From assembly GCA_963663165.1 (NCBI GenBank), contig OY760175.1, forward strand, positions 1,440,001-1,504,000: DNA of 64,000 bases, in the 5' to 3' direction. The position numbers and the translations under genes were made by a program. Each line of letters opens with the position of its first letter. Position 1 is the stretch's first letter. Under the pieces are notes generated by a model, which saw only the letters and a list, made by a program, of their open reading frames with translations, had not been told where the DNA came from and made no database searches. Positions 40,030 through 50,081 of the stretch are shown piece by piece. The DNA is from an uncultured Desulfospira sp. (lineage in GTDB: Bacteria > Desulfobacterota > Desulfobacteria > Desulfobacterales > Desulfobacteraceae).

Positions 40030-40087
40030 ATTTGGGATTTGGGACCTGGGACCTGGGACCTGGGATTTTGGACCTGGGACCTGGGGT
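40030..40087. repeat. Heptamer arm (GGGACCT)n after the exonuclease stop
   Basis: atttgggatttgggacctgggacctgggacctgggattttggacctgggacctggggt. Confidence 0.9.
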
Positions 40088-40106
40088 CTAAGGCCTATGG
40101 TCTAAA

Positions 40107-40278
40107 TTAGTGGCTGAACGAGAGCCCGTGTTTTGGCGAAAAATTGCCCAGATGCAAGGCGTAACCAAAGGTCAGAAACCAGAAAAATTTATAACCGGAG
40201 CAACCTTGAGGGTTGTGAGGATTGCAAATTTTTCTGCAACGCAGCAGATGGGTGATTTTTCGTTCAAACACAAATTAA
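40107..40278. mobile_element. Palindromic MITE-like element, copy 2 (with a ~18-bp internal insertion)
   Basis: Aligns by eye with 33533-33686; extra taaccaaaggtcagaaac after gcaaggcg. Confidence 0.8.
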
Positions 40279-40288
40279 CAGAAAGGAT

Positions 40289-40933
40289 TTGAACATGGAG
40301 AACTCACCTGGAATGAAACACGGATGGCTGATGTTGACCGGGGTTTGCGCTGTGGTCAGCGGCATTGTTCTTTTCTGCGTGGTGGCCGGCGGGTACACCA
40401 GCCTTTTGCGGGCCAAAAACAGGATCAACACGGCCAAATCCCTTCTGGCCCAGGAATGTATCAAACGGTCCGGCCTTGTCCGGGACCTTGTTGCCATGGC
40501 CGCCCCGGTCCTTTCCCCTGAGGTTTTTAACACCTTAAAGAAACAGGACGCCCTTGCCATGTCAATTCTAAATGAGGCGGACCAGATCAAGGTCCCCCTG
40601 TCCCCCGGGCAGGTAAATGAGATTGAAGCCTCCCAGCATCAGTTGTCCCGGCAGATTTTTTTCGTCATTGGTGAAATGGAACAGGTTCAATCCATTAAAG
40701 ACGCCAACTCCTTCCGGGACCTTTCCCGGGCCATCAAAGACCAGACTCAGATCGTCATTTACACCACAAAACGGTATAACAAAGAAGCCGTGTATTTCAA
40801 CACCCGGAAACAGGTTTTCCCGGGCTTTTTGGTGGCCCGCTGGTTCGGCCTTGACCAGATGACCTTTCCCCAGATCCCGGTCCGGATATTCGAATTTGAA
40901 GAACCCCCTTCAAAAGACGGTTCCCTGTCATGA
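40289..40933 (+). CDS. LemA-family protein
   Basis: N-terminal TM; YTSLLRAKNRI; KRYNKEAVYFNTRKQVFPGFLVARWFG. Confidence 0.75.
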   Translation: MNMENSPGMKHGWLMLTGVCAVVSGIVLFCVVAGGYTSLLRAKNRINTAKSLLAQECIKRSGLVRDLVAMAAPVLSPEVFNTLKKQDALAMSILNEADQIKVPLSPGQVNEIEASQHQLSRQIFFVIGEMEQVQSIKDANSFRDLSRAIKDQTQIVIYTTKRYNKEAVYFNTRKQVFPGFLVARWFGLDQMTFPQIPVRIFEFEEPPSKDGSLS

Positions 40934-42048
40934 GCCCCAAAGGCGATCCGGCCATGGCGGACCAGGCCACGGACCTGCCGTTGCTGTACTGGCCCCAGGG
41001 GGAATCTCCCCTGATCAAGAACGTCAATGCGGCCCGGACCGTGGAGCAGCTTGGCGATATCCACCAGAAGCTGTGCCGCACCCTTTTGTCCCCCATCCAA
41101 AACGGGATCAGCCCGGAAGCCATCACCCATCTGATCACCAGCTTTTCAGATGCGGTCATCGACAAAATCATGGCCCTGGCCCTCAATGAAACCGGACCGC
41201 CGCCCTGCCCCTTTGTGTTTATGACCATGGGCTCCGAAGGCCGGCAGGAACAAACCCTTATTTCCGACCAGGACAATGCCATTATTTTTGAAGATATGGC
41301 CGATAAAGCCAGGGCCCAAGAGGCCAAGGCCTTTTTTGACCACCTGGCCCAAACGGTCTGTGCCGGCTTAGACCGCGCCGGCTACCGGTTCTGCGAAGGA
41401 AACAACATGGCCCAGAACCCCAAGTGGTGCCAGCCCCTGTCGGTCTGGAAAGGGTACTTTCATGAGTGGATTCATGCCGCAGAGCCCGAGGACCTGCTCC
41501 ATTCCAGTATTTTTTTTGATTTCAGGGGAACCTTCGGCCAGCTGTCCCTGGCAGACCAGCTCAAGGCCTTTTTGTTTAAATCCATTAAAGGGTGGGCCGG
41601 ATTTTTACGGCACATGGCGGAAAACGCCCTGTGTTTCAGGCCGCCTTTGGGCCTGTTCAACAAGTTCCTGGTTGAGACCGAAAAGGGGCCCCATAAAGAC
41701 TGCATCGATATTAAGTATGCCCTGCTTCCTGTTGTGGATTACGCCCGGGTGTATGCCCTGAAACATTCCATTCCCGAGACCAACACCTTAGGAAGGCTCA
41801 AGCAGCTGCACACGAAAAATATCTTGACGCCAAAAGAACACGTCCATATAGTCCAGGCCTATAATTTTCTGATGGGTTTGCGGTTTCAACGACAGGCCAC
41901 AGCCCTCATGGACCAGGAAAAAGAGCCGGATAATTTTGTTAACCCGGGCAGTCTCTCCAAATTTGACCGGCTGATGTTAAGGGAAGTTCTCAAAATGGCG
42001 CGTAAAATGCAGCAGAAACTGGGAATAGAATTTATAGGGGTGGTTTAA
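40930..42048 (+). CDS. DUF294 nucleotidyltransferase-like protein with DUF294_C, without CBS/cNMP domains
   Basis: MGSEGRQEQTLISDQDNAII, CEGNNMAQNPKW, IFFDFR, IDIK...PVVDYARVYAL, NTLGRL. Confidence 0.85.
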   Translation: MSPKGDPAMADQATDLPLLYWPQGESPLIKNVNAARTVEQLGDIHQKLCRTLLSPIQNGISPEAITHLITSFSDAVIDKIMALALNETGPPPCPFVFMTMGSEGRQEQTLISDQDNAIIFEDMADKARAQEAKAFFDHLAQTVCAGLDRAGYRFCEGNNMAQNPKWCQPLSVWKGYFHEWIHAAEPEDLLHSSIFFDFRGTFGQLSLADQLKAFLFKSIKGWAGFLRHMAENALCFRPPLGLFNKFLVETEKGPHKDCIDIKYALLPVVDYARVYALKHSIPETNTLGRLKQLHTKNILTPKEHVHIVQAYNFLMGLRFQRQATALMDQEKEPDNFVNPGSLSKFDRLMLREVLKMARKMQQKLGIEFIGVV

Positions 42049-42049
42049 A

Positions 42050-42937
42050 TTGGCACCTGACCCTGATATGCCGGCGGCAGCCGGCCTGGTCGGCGCCCAT
42101 TTTTCAACATCAAAGGGGCTTGAACAGGCGGTGTATACGGCAAAGGACTTAGGGTGTGCCGTCCTTCAGCTGTTCACTAAAAACGGCCGGACATGGCAGG
42201 AAAAGGACCTGGTTTCAGATCAGGTGGACACTTTTTGCAAGGCCCGCCGGGAGGCGGGCATCACCTGGGTCCTCTCCCACTGCACCTATCTGATCAACAT
42301 TGCCTCAAACGACAGGGACAAGCTTGAAAAATCCAGGGCGGCCCTGCTGGCAGAAATGGAAAGGTCCGCAACCCTTGGGATTAATTATGTGGTCCTTCAT
42401 CCCGGTTCCCACATGGGCCGGGGAGAAGAAAAAGGACTTGAAGCCGCAGCCGAATCTTTGAACCGGGTCTTGTCCAAAAGGGATTCTTCATGGCCCATGC
42501 TGCTGCTGGAAACCACGGCCGGCCAGGGCACCAACTTAGGACACACCTTTGAACAGCTCGCCTTTCTGTTAGACAACCTTGATTCTCAAGGGGCCGCCGG
42601 GGTCTGCCTGGACACCAGCCATATGTTTGCCGCCGGATATGATATCTCCGGTGCTAAGGCCTATGAACAGACCATGGCAGCCCTGGAAAAAAGTATCGGC
42701 CGCAACCGGGTCCACGCCATCCATGTCAACGATTCAAAAGCCCCTTTGGGCTCCGGAAAAGACCGGCACGAGCATATCGGCAAAGGGTGTATCGGAGCCA
42801 GCGGATTTGAACTGATCATGGCCGATCAGCGGCTGTCCCATCTTCCCAAAATACTGGAAACCCCTAAAGAACTGGATAACGTTCCCATGGACCCGGTGAA
42901 TCTTGCCTTGTTGCGGCGGATGATCCCCAAAACATAA
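42050..42937 (+). CDS. nfo: Endonuclease IV
   Basis: GAHFS, YLINIAS, LHPGSH, LLETTAGQG, CLDTSH, HVNDSK, DRHEHIG, ILETP. Confidence 0.93.
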   Translation: MAPDPDMPAAAGLVGAHFSTSKGLEQAVYTAKDLGCAVLQLFTKNGRTWQEKDLVSDQVDTFCKARREAGITWVLSHCTYLINIASNDRDKLEKSRAALLAEMERSATLGINYVVLHPGSHMGRGEEKGLEAAAESLNRVLSKRDSSWPMLLLETTAGQGTNLGHTFEQLAFLLDNLDSQGAAGVCLDTSHMFAAGYDISGAKAYEQTMAALEKSIGRNRVHAIHVNDSKAPLGSGKDRHEHIGKGCIGASGFELIMADQRLSHLPKILETPKELDNVPMDPVNLALLRRMIPKT

Positions 42938-42949
42938 AAAATGAAGACT

Positions 42950-43015
42950 GGAAACGGGAGACCGGAAACCGCAGTTTCATCGGATATACGCATTCCGGTC
43001 TCCGGTTTCCGGTTC
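42950..43015. repeat. GGAAACC-type inverted heptamer pair (empty)
   Basis: ggaaacgggagaccggaaacc ... ccggtctccggtttccggttc. Confidence 0.8.
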
Positions 43016-43080
43016 GCCCCCTTGAAATTCAACCCCAGGAGTGGTAAATCAGGTCAGATTTAAATTGTAAGGATACCATT

Positions 43081-43278
43081 ATGTGTGAATCAAACGTATA
43101 TGTCAGGCAGAACGGTCAGGAAGAACTGGTCATGGAAAACGTGGCCGCCATCACCCCGTCCGGGGAAAACACCTTTCTTCTCAAGGGACTGCTTGGGGAA
43201 AGCCGGGAAATTAAAGGCATTATCGAGGACATCAACCTCATGGGGCATAAAATCATCCTAAAGGCGCTGGAGAACTGA
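43081..43278 (+). CDS. CooT-family nickel-binding protein
   Basis: MCESNVY N-terminus (Cys2), ELVMENV, INLMGHKIIL; 65 aa. Confidence 0.8.
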   Translation: MCESNVYVRQNGQEELVMENVAAITPSGENTFLLKGLLGESREIKGIIEDINLMGHKIILKALEN

Positions 43279-43310
43279 TAGCCGATTTGCTGTAAGCGTC
43301 AGACTGCCCT

Positions 43311-43865
43311 GTGACTGAGAAGTTTAAGACATACCTTGAAACCATTGCCCTGGCCAATGGCCTGGAAAAAAATGTCCAGTGGATGTTCTATCCGGGAATG
43401 CTCCAGGACAGCCGTGCCAAATGGTGGGATGATTTTTTAACCCGCCATGCTTACCATGAAGGCATCGACATCTGCTTTCACCGGGACCCGGCCCAAAAAG
43501 AGATGAAATTTCACTGGGGACTTAAGGTGCCGGCCTTTGACCGGGGGACCATCCTCAATATCTGCAAGGATTTCCTAGGCCAGTCTCTAATCGTAGAACA
43601 TGACGGGTATGAAAATCTTCCGCTAAGGGTGGTTTTCGTTTACTCCCACATAGACCCGGAACCCGGGTTATCCCCGGGGTCCAGGATCCAGAAAGGACAG
43701 ATCATTGCCCGGGTGTCTGATACCCGGCCCCAGAAATCCAAACTCATCTCCCATCTGCACCTTTCCTGTATTGAACTTGGCCGTGACATTGCCTTTGAAC
43801 AGCTCAACTGGGACCTGTTTCCCTCAAGGGATCAGGTGAATCTGATTAACCCGGTATTTATATAG
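43311..43865 (+). CDS. M23-family metallopeptidase-like protein
   Basis: HEGID (HxxxD), YSHI, KGQII, SHLHLS (HxH). Confidence 0.7.
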   Translation: MTEKFKTYLETIALANGLEKNVQWMFYPGMLQDSRAKWWDDFLTRHAYHEGIDICFHRDPAQKEMKFHWGLKVPAFDRGTILNICKDFLGQSLIVEHDGYENLPLRVVFVYSHIDPEPGLSPGSRIQKGQIIARVSDTRPQKSKLISHLHLSCIELGRDIAFEQLNWDLFPSRDQVNLINPVFI

Positions 43866-44017
43866 CCCGAATATTAGAAAACCCAAATCCGGCATCCCTG
43901 TAAAATAACGATTTTTCAGCCTGTTAAATCCCAAAAGAAGAATTGAAAAAATCTAAAATTTGATCTATGATCACCAGAATTTAACTAGGACATTTGAACA
44001 TATTGTGGAGAAAATGA

Positions 44018-44497
44018 ATGAAAACCGTTAAATTTCTTATTTTATTGATCGTCCTGGGACTGTTGGGGCTTTTGGTGTGGCAGAACCAGGAATACTTCCT
44101 GTCAAGGCACCCCCTGATTTTTGATCTCAAGGTATCCAACTGGGGCTGGACGATTCCCGCATTTCCCGAGATCGGATTCTGGGGCATCTGTTTTGGGCTC
44201 GGATTGTTGATCAGCGGTATAAAAGGGCTGACCATCTCTTTTTCTCTGGGCAGGGAAATCAAGAAAAAAGAGGCGCAACTGGCATCATTGCGGCAGGATA
44301 TCGCCAAGGTGAAAGAACGGCTGGACGTTTTCATTCATGATCCGTTCATCAAAAAGGTCGTTGACCCGGAAACCGGTGATCTGCTGCCTGAGGAAAAGGC
44401 TGAAACCCCGGACCTTCCAACGCCGTCGGCCCCTGAGGCTGACAAAAAACCGGAATCACCGGAAGATCCGGCCCCGGACAATTCGCCCAAAGCATAA
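44018..44497 (+). CDS. LapA-family membrane protein
   Basis: Two TMs with QN after TM1, coiled coil, Pro/Glu-rich tail. Confidence 0.6.
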   Translation: MKTVKFLILLIVLGLLGLLVWQNQEYFLSRHPLIFDLKVSNWGWTIPAFPEIGFWGICFGLGLLISGIKGLTISFSLGREIKKKEAQLASLRQDIAKVKERLDVFIHDPFIKKVVDPETGDLLPEEKAETPDLPTPSAPEADKKPESPEDPAPDNSPKA

Positions 44498-44638
44498 CCT
44501 CGCCATAACGGCTGTGAACCGGTTTGACTTTTTCCTTAACCGCATGGCCACAGCAAAGTACGAAAGAATTCAATCGGTTTGCCGGTTCTTTCTAAAAAAT
44601 GAATTCAAACCACAAGGCGGCCCGTCACATTTAAGCCA

Positions 44639-47311
44639 ATGAGTGAAAAAAAGAACACCCCCATGATGGAACAATACCTGTCCATCAAGGAAGAATACCC
44701 TGACACCATACTCTTTTACAGAATGGGGGACTTCTATGAGATGTTCAACCAGGACGCCCATAAGGCTGCCGGCATCCTGGAAATTGCCCTGACCTCCCGG
44801 AACAAAAATGACAAAGACCCCATTCCCATGTGCGGGGTCCCTTTTAAAGCCGCTGACAATTACATTTCCAGGCTCATTGAAAACGGCTGCAAAGTCGCCG
44901 TGTGCGAACAGGTGGAAGACCCGGCCCAGAGTAAAGGCCTGGTTAAGCGCCAGGTGGTCCGGGTGGTCACCCCGGGGATGATCTTAAATGAGTCCCTTCT
45001 GGACAAAACCACCAATAACTTTTTGCTTTCCTTGAGCAGTGTAAAGGACTATGCCGGGCTGGCCTGCTTAGACATCTCCACGGGCAGCTTCAGAACCTGC
45101 CAGGTGCCCAGAACATCATCCGTATTTCCGGCCGCCCTTCTCGACGAGGCCATGAAACTGGATCCCAAGGAGATTCTGCTGCCGGCCCAGTTTGAACGGG
45201 ACCCCGTGTTCAAACAGGTGAGAAAAGCCTTTTCCGGCCGGCAGATCACCTACCTGCCCCGGTCGGAGTTCACCGAAGCCGATGCCAGGGACCGGCTGAC
45301 CCGTCAATTTAAAACCAGAAGCCTTGAAGGGTTCGGCATTGAGGAAAAGCCTGCCGCCATATCGGCGGCCGGTGCGGTCCTGTCTTATGTCAGGGACACC
45401 CAGCTTACCGACAGCCGCCATATTTTCCAGATATCGGCCTATGACCTTGAAAATTACCTTAAAATCGACGACCGGTCCTGCAAAAACTTAGAACTTCTGG
45501 CCAATATCCAGACCCAGGATAAAAAGGGCAGTTTGATTTCGGTCCTGGACAAAACCGTTACGGCCATGGGCGGCCGGATGATCAAAAACTGGATCCGGCA
45601 CCCCCTGGTGGACAAAAACAAAATTGAAGAAAGGCTGTCTGCCGTTGAAGAGCTGCTCAATGCCGCCCATATTCATCAGCTTCTGGTAAACCACTTAAAA
45701 TCGGTATATGACCTGGAGCGCTTAGGTTCAAGAATCTCCATGGGCCAGGGAAACGCCCGGGATATGCTTTCTTTGAAAACCTCCCTTGAAAAGCTGCCGG
45801 ACATTTTCAGAGAACTGTCCATGTTCTCATCGCCCCTTTTAAACGGCAAGGGCCTGGATGAAAAAGACCGGGTCTTAGAAGAACTCACGGCCCTGGCCGG
45901 CCTTATCCATTCGGCCATAAGGGAAGATGCGGTCCATGTCCTCAACGAAGGCCATTTGATCAAAGACGGCTACAGCCCTGAATTAGACGAGCTGCTGGCC
46001 ATTTCAAGAGACGGAAAATCCTGGATCGCCAAAGCCGAGGCCAAGGAAAAAAAGGCCACCGGGCTCTCCTCCCTGAAAATAAAGTACAACAAGGTCTTCG
46101 GGTATTTTATCGAGGTTTCCAAAGCCCAGGCCCCATCGGTCCCGGACCATTATATCCGCAAGCAGACCCTGGTCAATGCGGAACGGTTCATTACCGAAGC
46201 CATGAAAGAGGTGGAATCCACCATCCTCAACGCCCAGGAAAAACGAAGCGCCCTGGAATACGATATTTTCTGCTCCGTAAGGGACCAGGTGGTTGCAAAA
46301 GCGATTTTTATTCTCAAGACCGCCCGGTTTATTGCCCGCATCGACACCCTTCAGGGGTTTGCCGCCGCTGCCATGGAAAACAACTATGTCAGGCCCCATA
46401 TTAACGAGTCCAAAGAAATCTTCATTGAAGAGGGGCGCCATCCTGTGGTAGAAAAACTCATCCAGGGAGAACGGTATGTGCCCAACTCCGTTGAGATGGA
46501 CAATCAGACCCACCAGGTGCTGCTGATCACCGGTCCCAACATGGCCGGAAAATCAACGGTGCTGCGTCAGGTGGCCTTAACCGTACTCATGGCCCAGACC
46601 GGGTCTTTTGTGCCGGCCAAAAAAGCGTCGATCTGCCTGGTGGACCGGATATTTACCCGGGTGGGGGCACTGGACAACCTGTCGTCAGGCCAGTCCACCT
46701 TTATGGTTGAAATGGAAGAAACCGCCAACATCGTCAACAACGCCACACCGGACAGTCTGGTGATTTTAGACGAAATCGGCCGGGGCACCTCCACCTATGA
46801 CGGCATGAGCATTGCCTGGGCCGTGGCTGATTTTCTCCATGACCTTGGCGGGCAGGGGGTGAAGACCCTTTTTGCCACCCACTACCATGAACTGACCCGG
46901 CTTGAAGACCTCAAGCCCCGGGTTAAAAACTTCAACATTGCCGTGAAGGAGTTTAACGACAACATTGTTTTTTTAAGACGGCTGATTAAAGGGGGCACCA
47001 ATAAAAGCTACGGCATCCAGGTGGCAAGGCTTGCCGGCATCCCGGATGCCATTATCCACTGCGCCAAGCATGTCCTGTCCGGCACGGAAAAACAGGGGCA
47101 GGTCCCTATAGACAGCCTGCCCGCTTCCGAGTCTCAAAAACCGGCCCAACGGCGCAAAAAGAAAAAATCGGTTTCAGACCCCGGCCAAATGGAGTTGTTT
47201 GACACCAGAGGCCAGGATTTAAACGACATGCTGAAAAAAGCAGACATTTCCAATATGACCCCGTTACAGGCGCTGAATTTGTTAAACGAAATGAAACAAA
47301 AGGTACTATAG
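44639..47311 (+). CDS. mutS: DNA mismatch repair protein MutS
   Basis: TPMMEQY, GDFYEMF, TGPNMAGKST, DEIGRGTST, FATHYHEL, SYGIQVA. Confidence 0.97.
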   Translation: MSEKKNTPMMEQYLSIKEEYPDTILFYRMGDFYEMFNQDAHKAAGILEIALTSRNKNDKDPIPMCGVPFKAADNYISRLIENGCKVAVCEQVEDPAQSKGLVKRQVVRVVTPGMILNESLLDKTTNNFLLSLSSVKDYAGLACLDISTGSFRTCQVPRTSSVFPAALLDEAMKLDPKEILLPAQFERDPVFKQVRKAFSGRQITYLPRSEFTEADARDRLTRQFKTRSLEGFGIEEKPAAISAAGAVLSYVRDTQLTDSRHIFQISAYDLENYLKIDDRSCKNLELLANIQTQDKKGSLISVLDKTVTAMGGRMIKNWIRHPLVDKNKIEERLSAVEELLNAAHIHQLLVNHLKSVYDLERLGSRISMGQGNARDMLSLKTSLEKLPDIFRELSMFSSPLLNGKGLDEKDRVLEELTALAGLIHSAIREDAVHVLNEGHLIKDGYSPELDELLAISRDGKSWIAKAEAKEKKATGLSSLKIKYNKVFGYFIEVSKAQAPSVPDHYIRKQTLVNAERFITEAMKEVESTILNAQEKRSALEYDIFCSVRDQVVAKAIFILKTARFIARIDTLQGFAAAAMENNYVRPHINESKEIFIEEGRHPVVEKLIQGERYVPNSVEMDNQTHQVLLITGPNMAGKSTVLRQVALTVLMAQTGSFVPAKKASICLVDRIFTRVGALDNLSSGQSTFMVEMEETANIVNNATPDSLVILDEIGRGTSTYDGMSIAWAVADFLHDLGGQGVKTLFATHYHELTRLEDLKPRVKNFNIAVKEFNDNIVFLRRLIKGGTNKSYGIQVARLAGIPDAIIHCAKHVLSGTEKQGQVPIDSLPASESQKPAQRRKKKKSVSDPGQMELFDTRGQDLNDMLKKADISNMTPLQALNLLNEMKQKVL

Positions 47312-47317
47312 TTAACC

Positions 47318-49174
47318 ATGCCAGGGCGTAAATCCACTGTTGATCTTTTAAGGCCGGATTTGCCTTTAACATTAAGCGCTTCTTCAGGAAAAAGCGTTCT
47401 GTTGCGGGTGTTGCTGGGCTGCATCCTGATTTTTCTGATGTCCGGGTCCCAGGCCCTGGCCCAGACCGGGGCAAAAAACAAATACCTTGAAGCCGACGCC
47501 TGCTATAAAAAACTGCGCCACTCAGAAGAAAAAAAGAAAAAACTGCTGGAATGGCTCAACTGCATTGACCGGTATGAGGATATATACCTCAAGTATCCGG
47601 ATTCCTCCTGGGCCCCGGCCGGCATGTATAAAGCCGCCCAGCTGTACCTGACCTTGTTTGACATGTCTGCGGACAGCATCTACCAGACCCGGGCCGCCGA
47701 TCTTCTGGCCAGAATTCAAAAAAGATATCCCGCAAGCGCTTACAGCCCCCGGGCGGAAAAACTGTTAAAGACCTTCACCAAAGGGCCTGTCACCGTACCG
47801 GTTAAACATTTGCGGTCCAAAAAAGCCCAGACCCGGAAACGGACCATCTCCCCTGAAAATGCGGAAGGCAGAACAGCGGACCTGGCCCGGCCAAACCCGC
47901 TGCCGGATATGGAGGATTCGCCGGATCAGGGGGACCCTGTGGACCCGGATGAGTCTTCGGATCAGGAGGAGTCCCCGCAAATTTGTGCCAGCCCCCAGGA
48001 AACCGAACCGGACACCCCGGAAGGCGACACCCACGTCACTGACTTACGGTTCTGGTCCAACCCGGAATACACCCGGGTCGTGATCAATGCATCCTCCCAG
48101 CGGGACTATACCCACAGGCTTTTAAAAAAGGACCCCTCCATCAACCAGCCTTTTGAGCGGCTTTACGTGGATATTGAGCATTCAAGGCTTGCCCAGGAAG
48201 TGCCCGGCCACACCCTGATTGACGACAACCTGCTCAAACAGGCCCGGGCCGGACAGTACCTTCCCCATACGGTCCGGGTGGTGGTGGACATTAAATCCTT
48301 TGAAAATTATAAGATTTTCTCCCTTAAAGACCCCTTTCGAATCGTTATTGACGTCTGGGGGACCGGGGACGGCACCCCCCTGCCTATCGACGGCGGAAAG
48401 CAAGTTGCCGCCGCCCCCAAAGAAACCCCCAAACAGATCACCACGGATCATTTAAAATCTTCGGATATCACCCGGCAGCTGGCCTTAGGGGTTCGCAAAA
48501 TCGTTATTGATCCGGGACACGGGGGGTCTGATCCCGGTGCCCCGGGAGCCATTAAAGGGGTGTGGGAAAAAGATATTGTCTTAAAACTGGCCACCACCCT
48601 GGCCCAGGAACTGCGGGACCGGATGCACTGCACCGTGGTCCTAACCCGGAGTACGGACAAAAAGCTGACCTTAGAAGAGCGGACCGCCATTGCCAATACC
48701 CAGCGGGCCGACCTGTTCATCTCCCTTCACTGCAATGCAGCCCAAAGCAAGACTCTCCGGGGCATTGAGACCTATATACTCAACCTGGCCACGGACGAGC
48801 AGGCCATTGCCGTTGCGGCCCGGGAAAACGCCACATCCAAGAAAAATATTTCAGACCTGGAATATATACTAAGCGACCTGATGAAAAACGCCAAAATTGA
48901 AGAATCCACCCGCCTGGCCAACGATGTTCACCAGGCCCTGGTCACCGGAACGAAAAAAAAATATTCAGACATTAAAGACCTTGGGGTGAAGCAGGCCCCC
49001 TTTTATGTGCTGCTTGGCGCCCGGATGCCGTCGATTCTCATTGAAAGTTCCTTCATCAGCAACAAAAAGGAATGCAAACGGCTTTTGACTGCATCCTATA
49101 GAAATGTTATCTGTAATGCCATTGCCGACGGGGTTGAAAAATACATCAATGCGACAAATCCCCGACAGCTTTAA
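47318..49174 (+). CDS. N-acetylmuramoyl-L-alanine amidase (TPR + AMIN + Amidase_3)
   Basis: YTRVVI, IDPGHGGSDPGA, EKD, ISLHCNA, SILIE. Confidence 0.92.
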   Translation: MPGRKSTVDLLRPDLPLTLSASSGKSVLLRVLLGCILIFLMSGSQALAQTGAKNKYLEADACYKKLRHSEEKKKKLLEWLNCIDRYEDIYLKYPDSSWAPAGMYKAAQLYLTLFDMSADSIYQTRAADLLARIQKRYPASAYSPRAEKLLKTFTKGPVTVPVKHLRSKKAQTRKRTISPENAEGRTADLARPNPLPDMEDSPDQGDPVDPDESSDQEESPQICASPQETEPDTPEGDTHVTDLRFWSNPEYTRVVINASSQRDYTHRLLKKDPSINQPFERLYVDIEHSRLAQEVPGHTLIDDNLLKQARAGQYLPHTVRVVVDIKSFENYKIFSLKDPFRIVIDVWGTGDGTPLPIDGGKQVAAAPKETPKQITTDHLKSSDITRQLALGVRKIVIDPGHGGSDPGAPGAIKGVWEKDIVLKLATTLAQELRDRMHCTVVLTRSTDKKLTLEERTAIANTQRADLFISLHCNAAQSKTLRGIETYILNLATDEQAIAVAARENATSKKNISDLEYILSDLMKNAKIEESTRLANDVHQALVTGTKKKYSDIKDLGVKQAPFYVLLGARMPSILIESSFISNKKECKRLLTASYRNVICNAIADGVEKYINATNPRQL

Positions 49175-49235
49175 CCCCCATATGAAAAGGACCACAGTGA
49201 CCCTTGGAATGCCATGGTCCTAAATTTTAAAGGAG

Positions 49236-50030
49236 ATGCCCATGTCTTTTGAAAACATTATACTTGAAGTTGATGACCGGATTGCCACCATCTTTTTTAA
49301 CCGGCCCAAGGCGTTAAATGCACTGAACAACGCGACCTTTGATGAACTTGAACAAGCCCTTGACCAGGTTAAAGACACCCCGTCCATAAAGGTTTTAATC
49401 CTCACCGGTGCCGGAGACAAGGCCTTTGTTGCCGGGGCGGATATTGTGGAACTGTCCACCATGAACCCCTTACAGGGCAAGAACTTTTCCGCCAAAGGCC
49501 AGCGGGTGTTTTTTAAAATAAGGACCCTGCCCATTCCGGTGATTGCCGCTGTAAACGGCTATGCCCTTGGCGGGGGATCCGAAGCCGCATTGGCCTGTGA
49601 TTTTATCTATGCCTCGGACAGAGCGGTTTTCGGGCTGCCCGAGATTACGCTGGGATTGATTCCCGGGTTTGGCGGCACCCAGCGTCTGTCAAGGCTTATC
49701 GGCAATAAACTCACTAAAGAACTGGTGTTTACAGGTAAAAATATCAAGGCCGAGCAGGCCCTTGCATATGGCATGGTCAACCAGGTGTTTCCCCACGAGA
49801 CCCTGATGGAGGAAGTCCTTAAAACCGCGAAGGTTATAGCCTCAAAAGGGAAAGTGGCGTTACGGGCGGCCAAGGAAACCATCCATTACGGCAGCTTCTG
49901 CGATCTTGAAACCGGGTGCCGGATTGAAAATGACGCATTTGCATTGACCATGGCAAGTGATGATGCCAAGGAAGGCACCAAGGCCTTTCTTGAAAAACGT
50001 AAGCCTGAATTTAAAGGAGAGCTGGGATAG
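49236..50030 (+). CDS. Enoyl-CoA hydratase / crotonase
   Basis: NRPKALNAL, AFVAGADI, GYALGGGSE, PEITLGLIPGFGGTQRL. Confidence 0.92.
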   Translation: MPMSFENIILEVDDRIATIFFNRPKALNALNNATFDELEQALDQVKDTPSIKVLILTGAGDKAFVAGADIVELSTMNPLQGKNFSAKGQRVFFKIRTLPIPVIAAVNGYALGGGSEAALACDFIYASDRAVFGLPEITLGLIPGFGGTQRLSRLIGNKLTKELVFTGKNIKAEQALAYGMVNQVFPHETLMEEVLKTAKVIASKGKVALRAAKETIHYGSFCDLETGCRIENDAFALTMASDDAKEGTKAFLEKRKPEFKGELG

Positions 50031-50081
50031 CCCTTCAAGTTCATGGCCATATAAAATTACATTAAGGAAAGAATAAGAATC

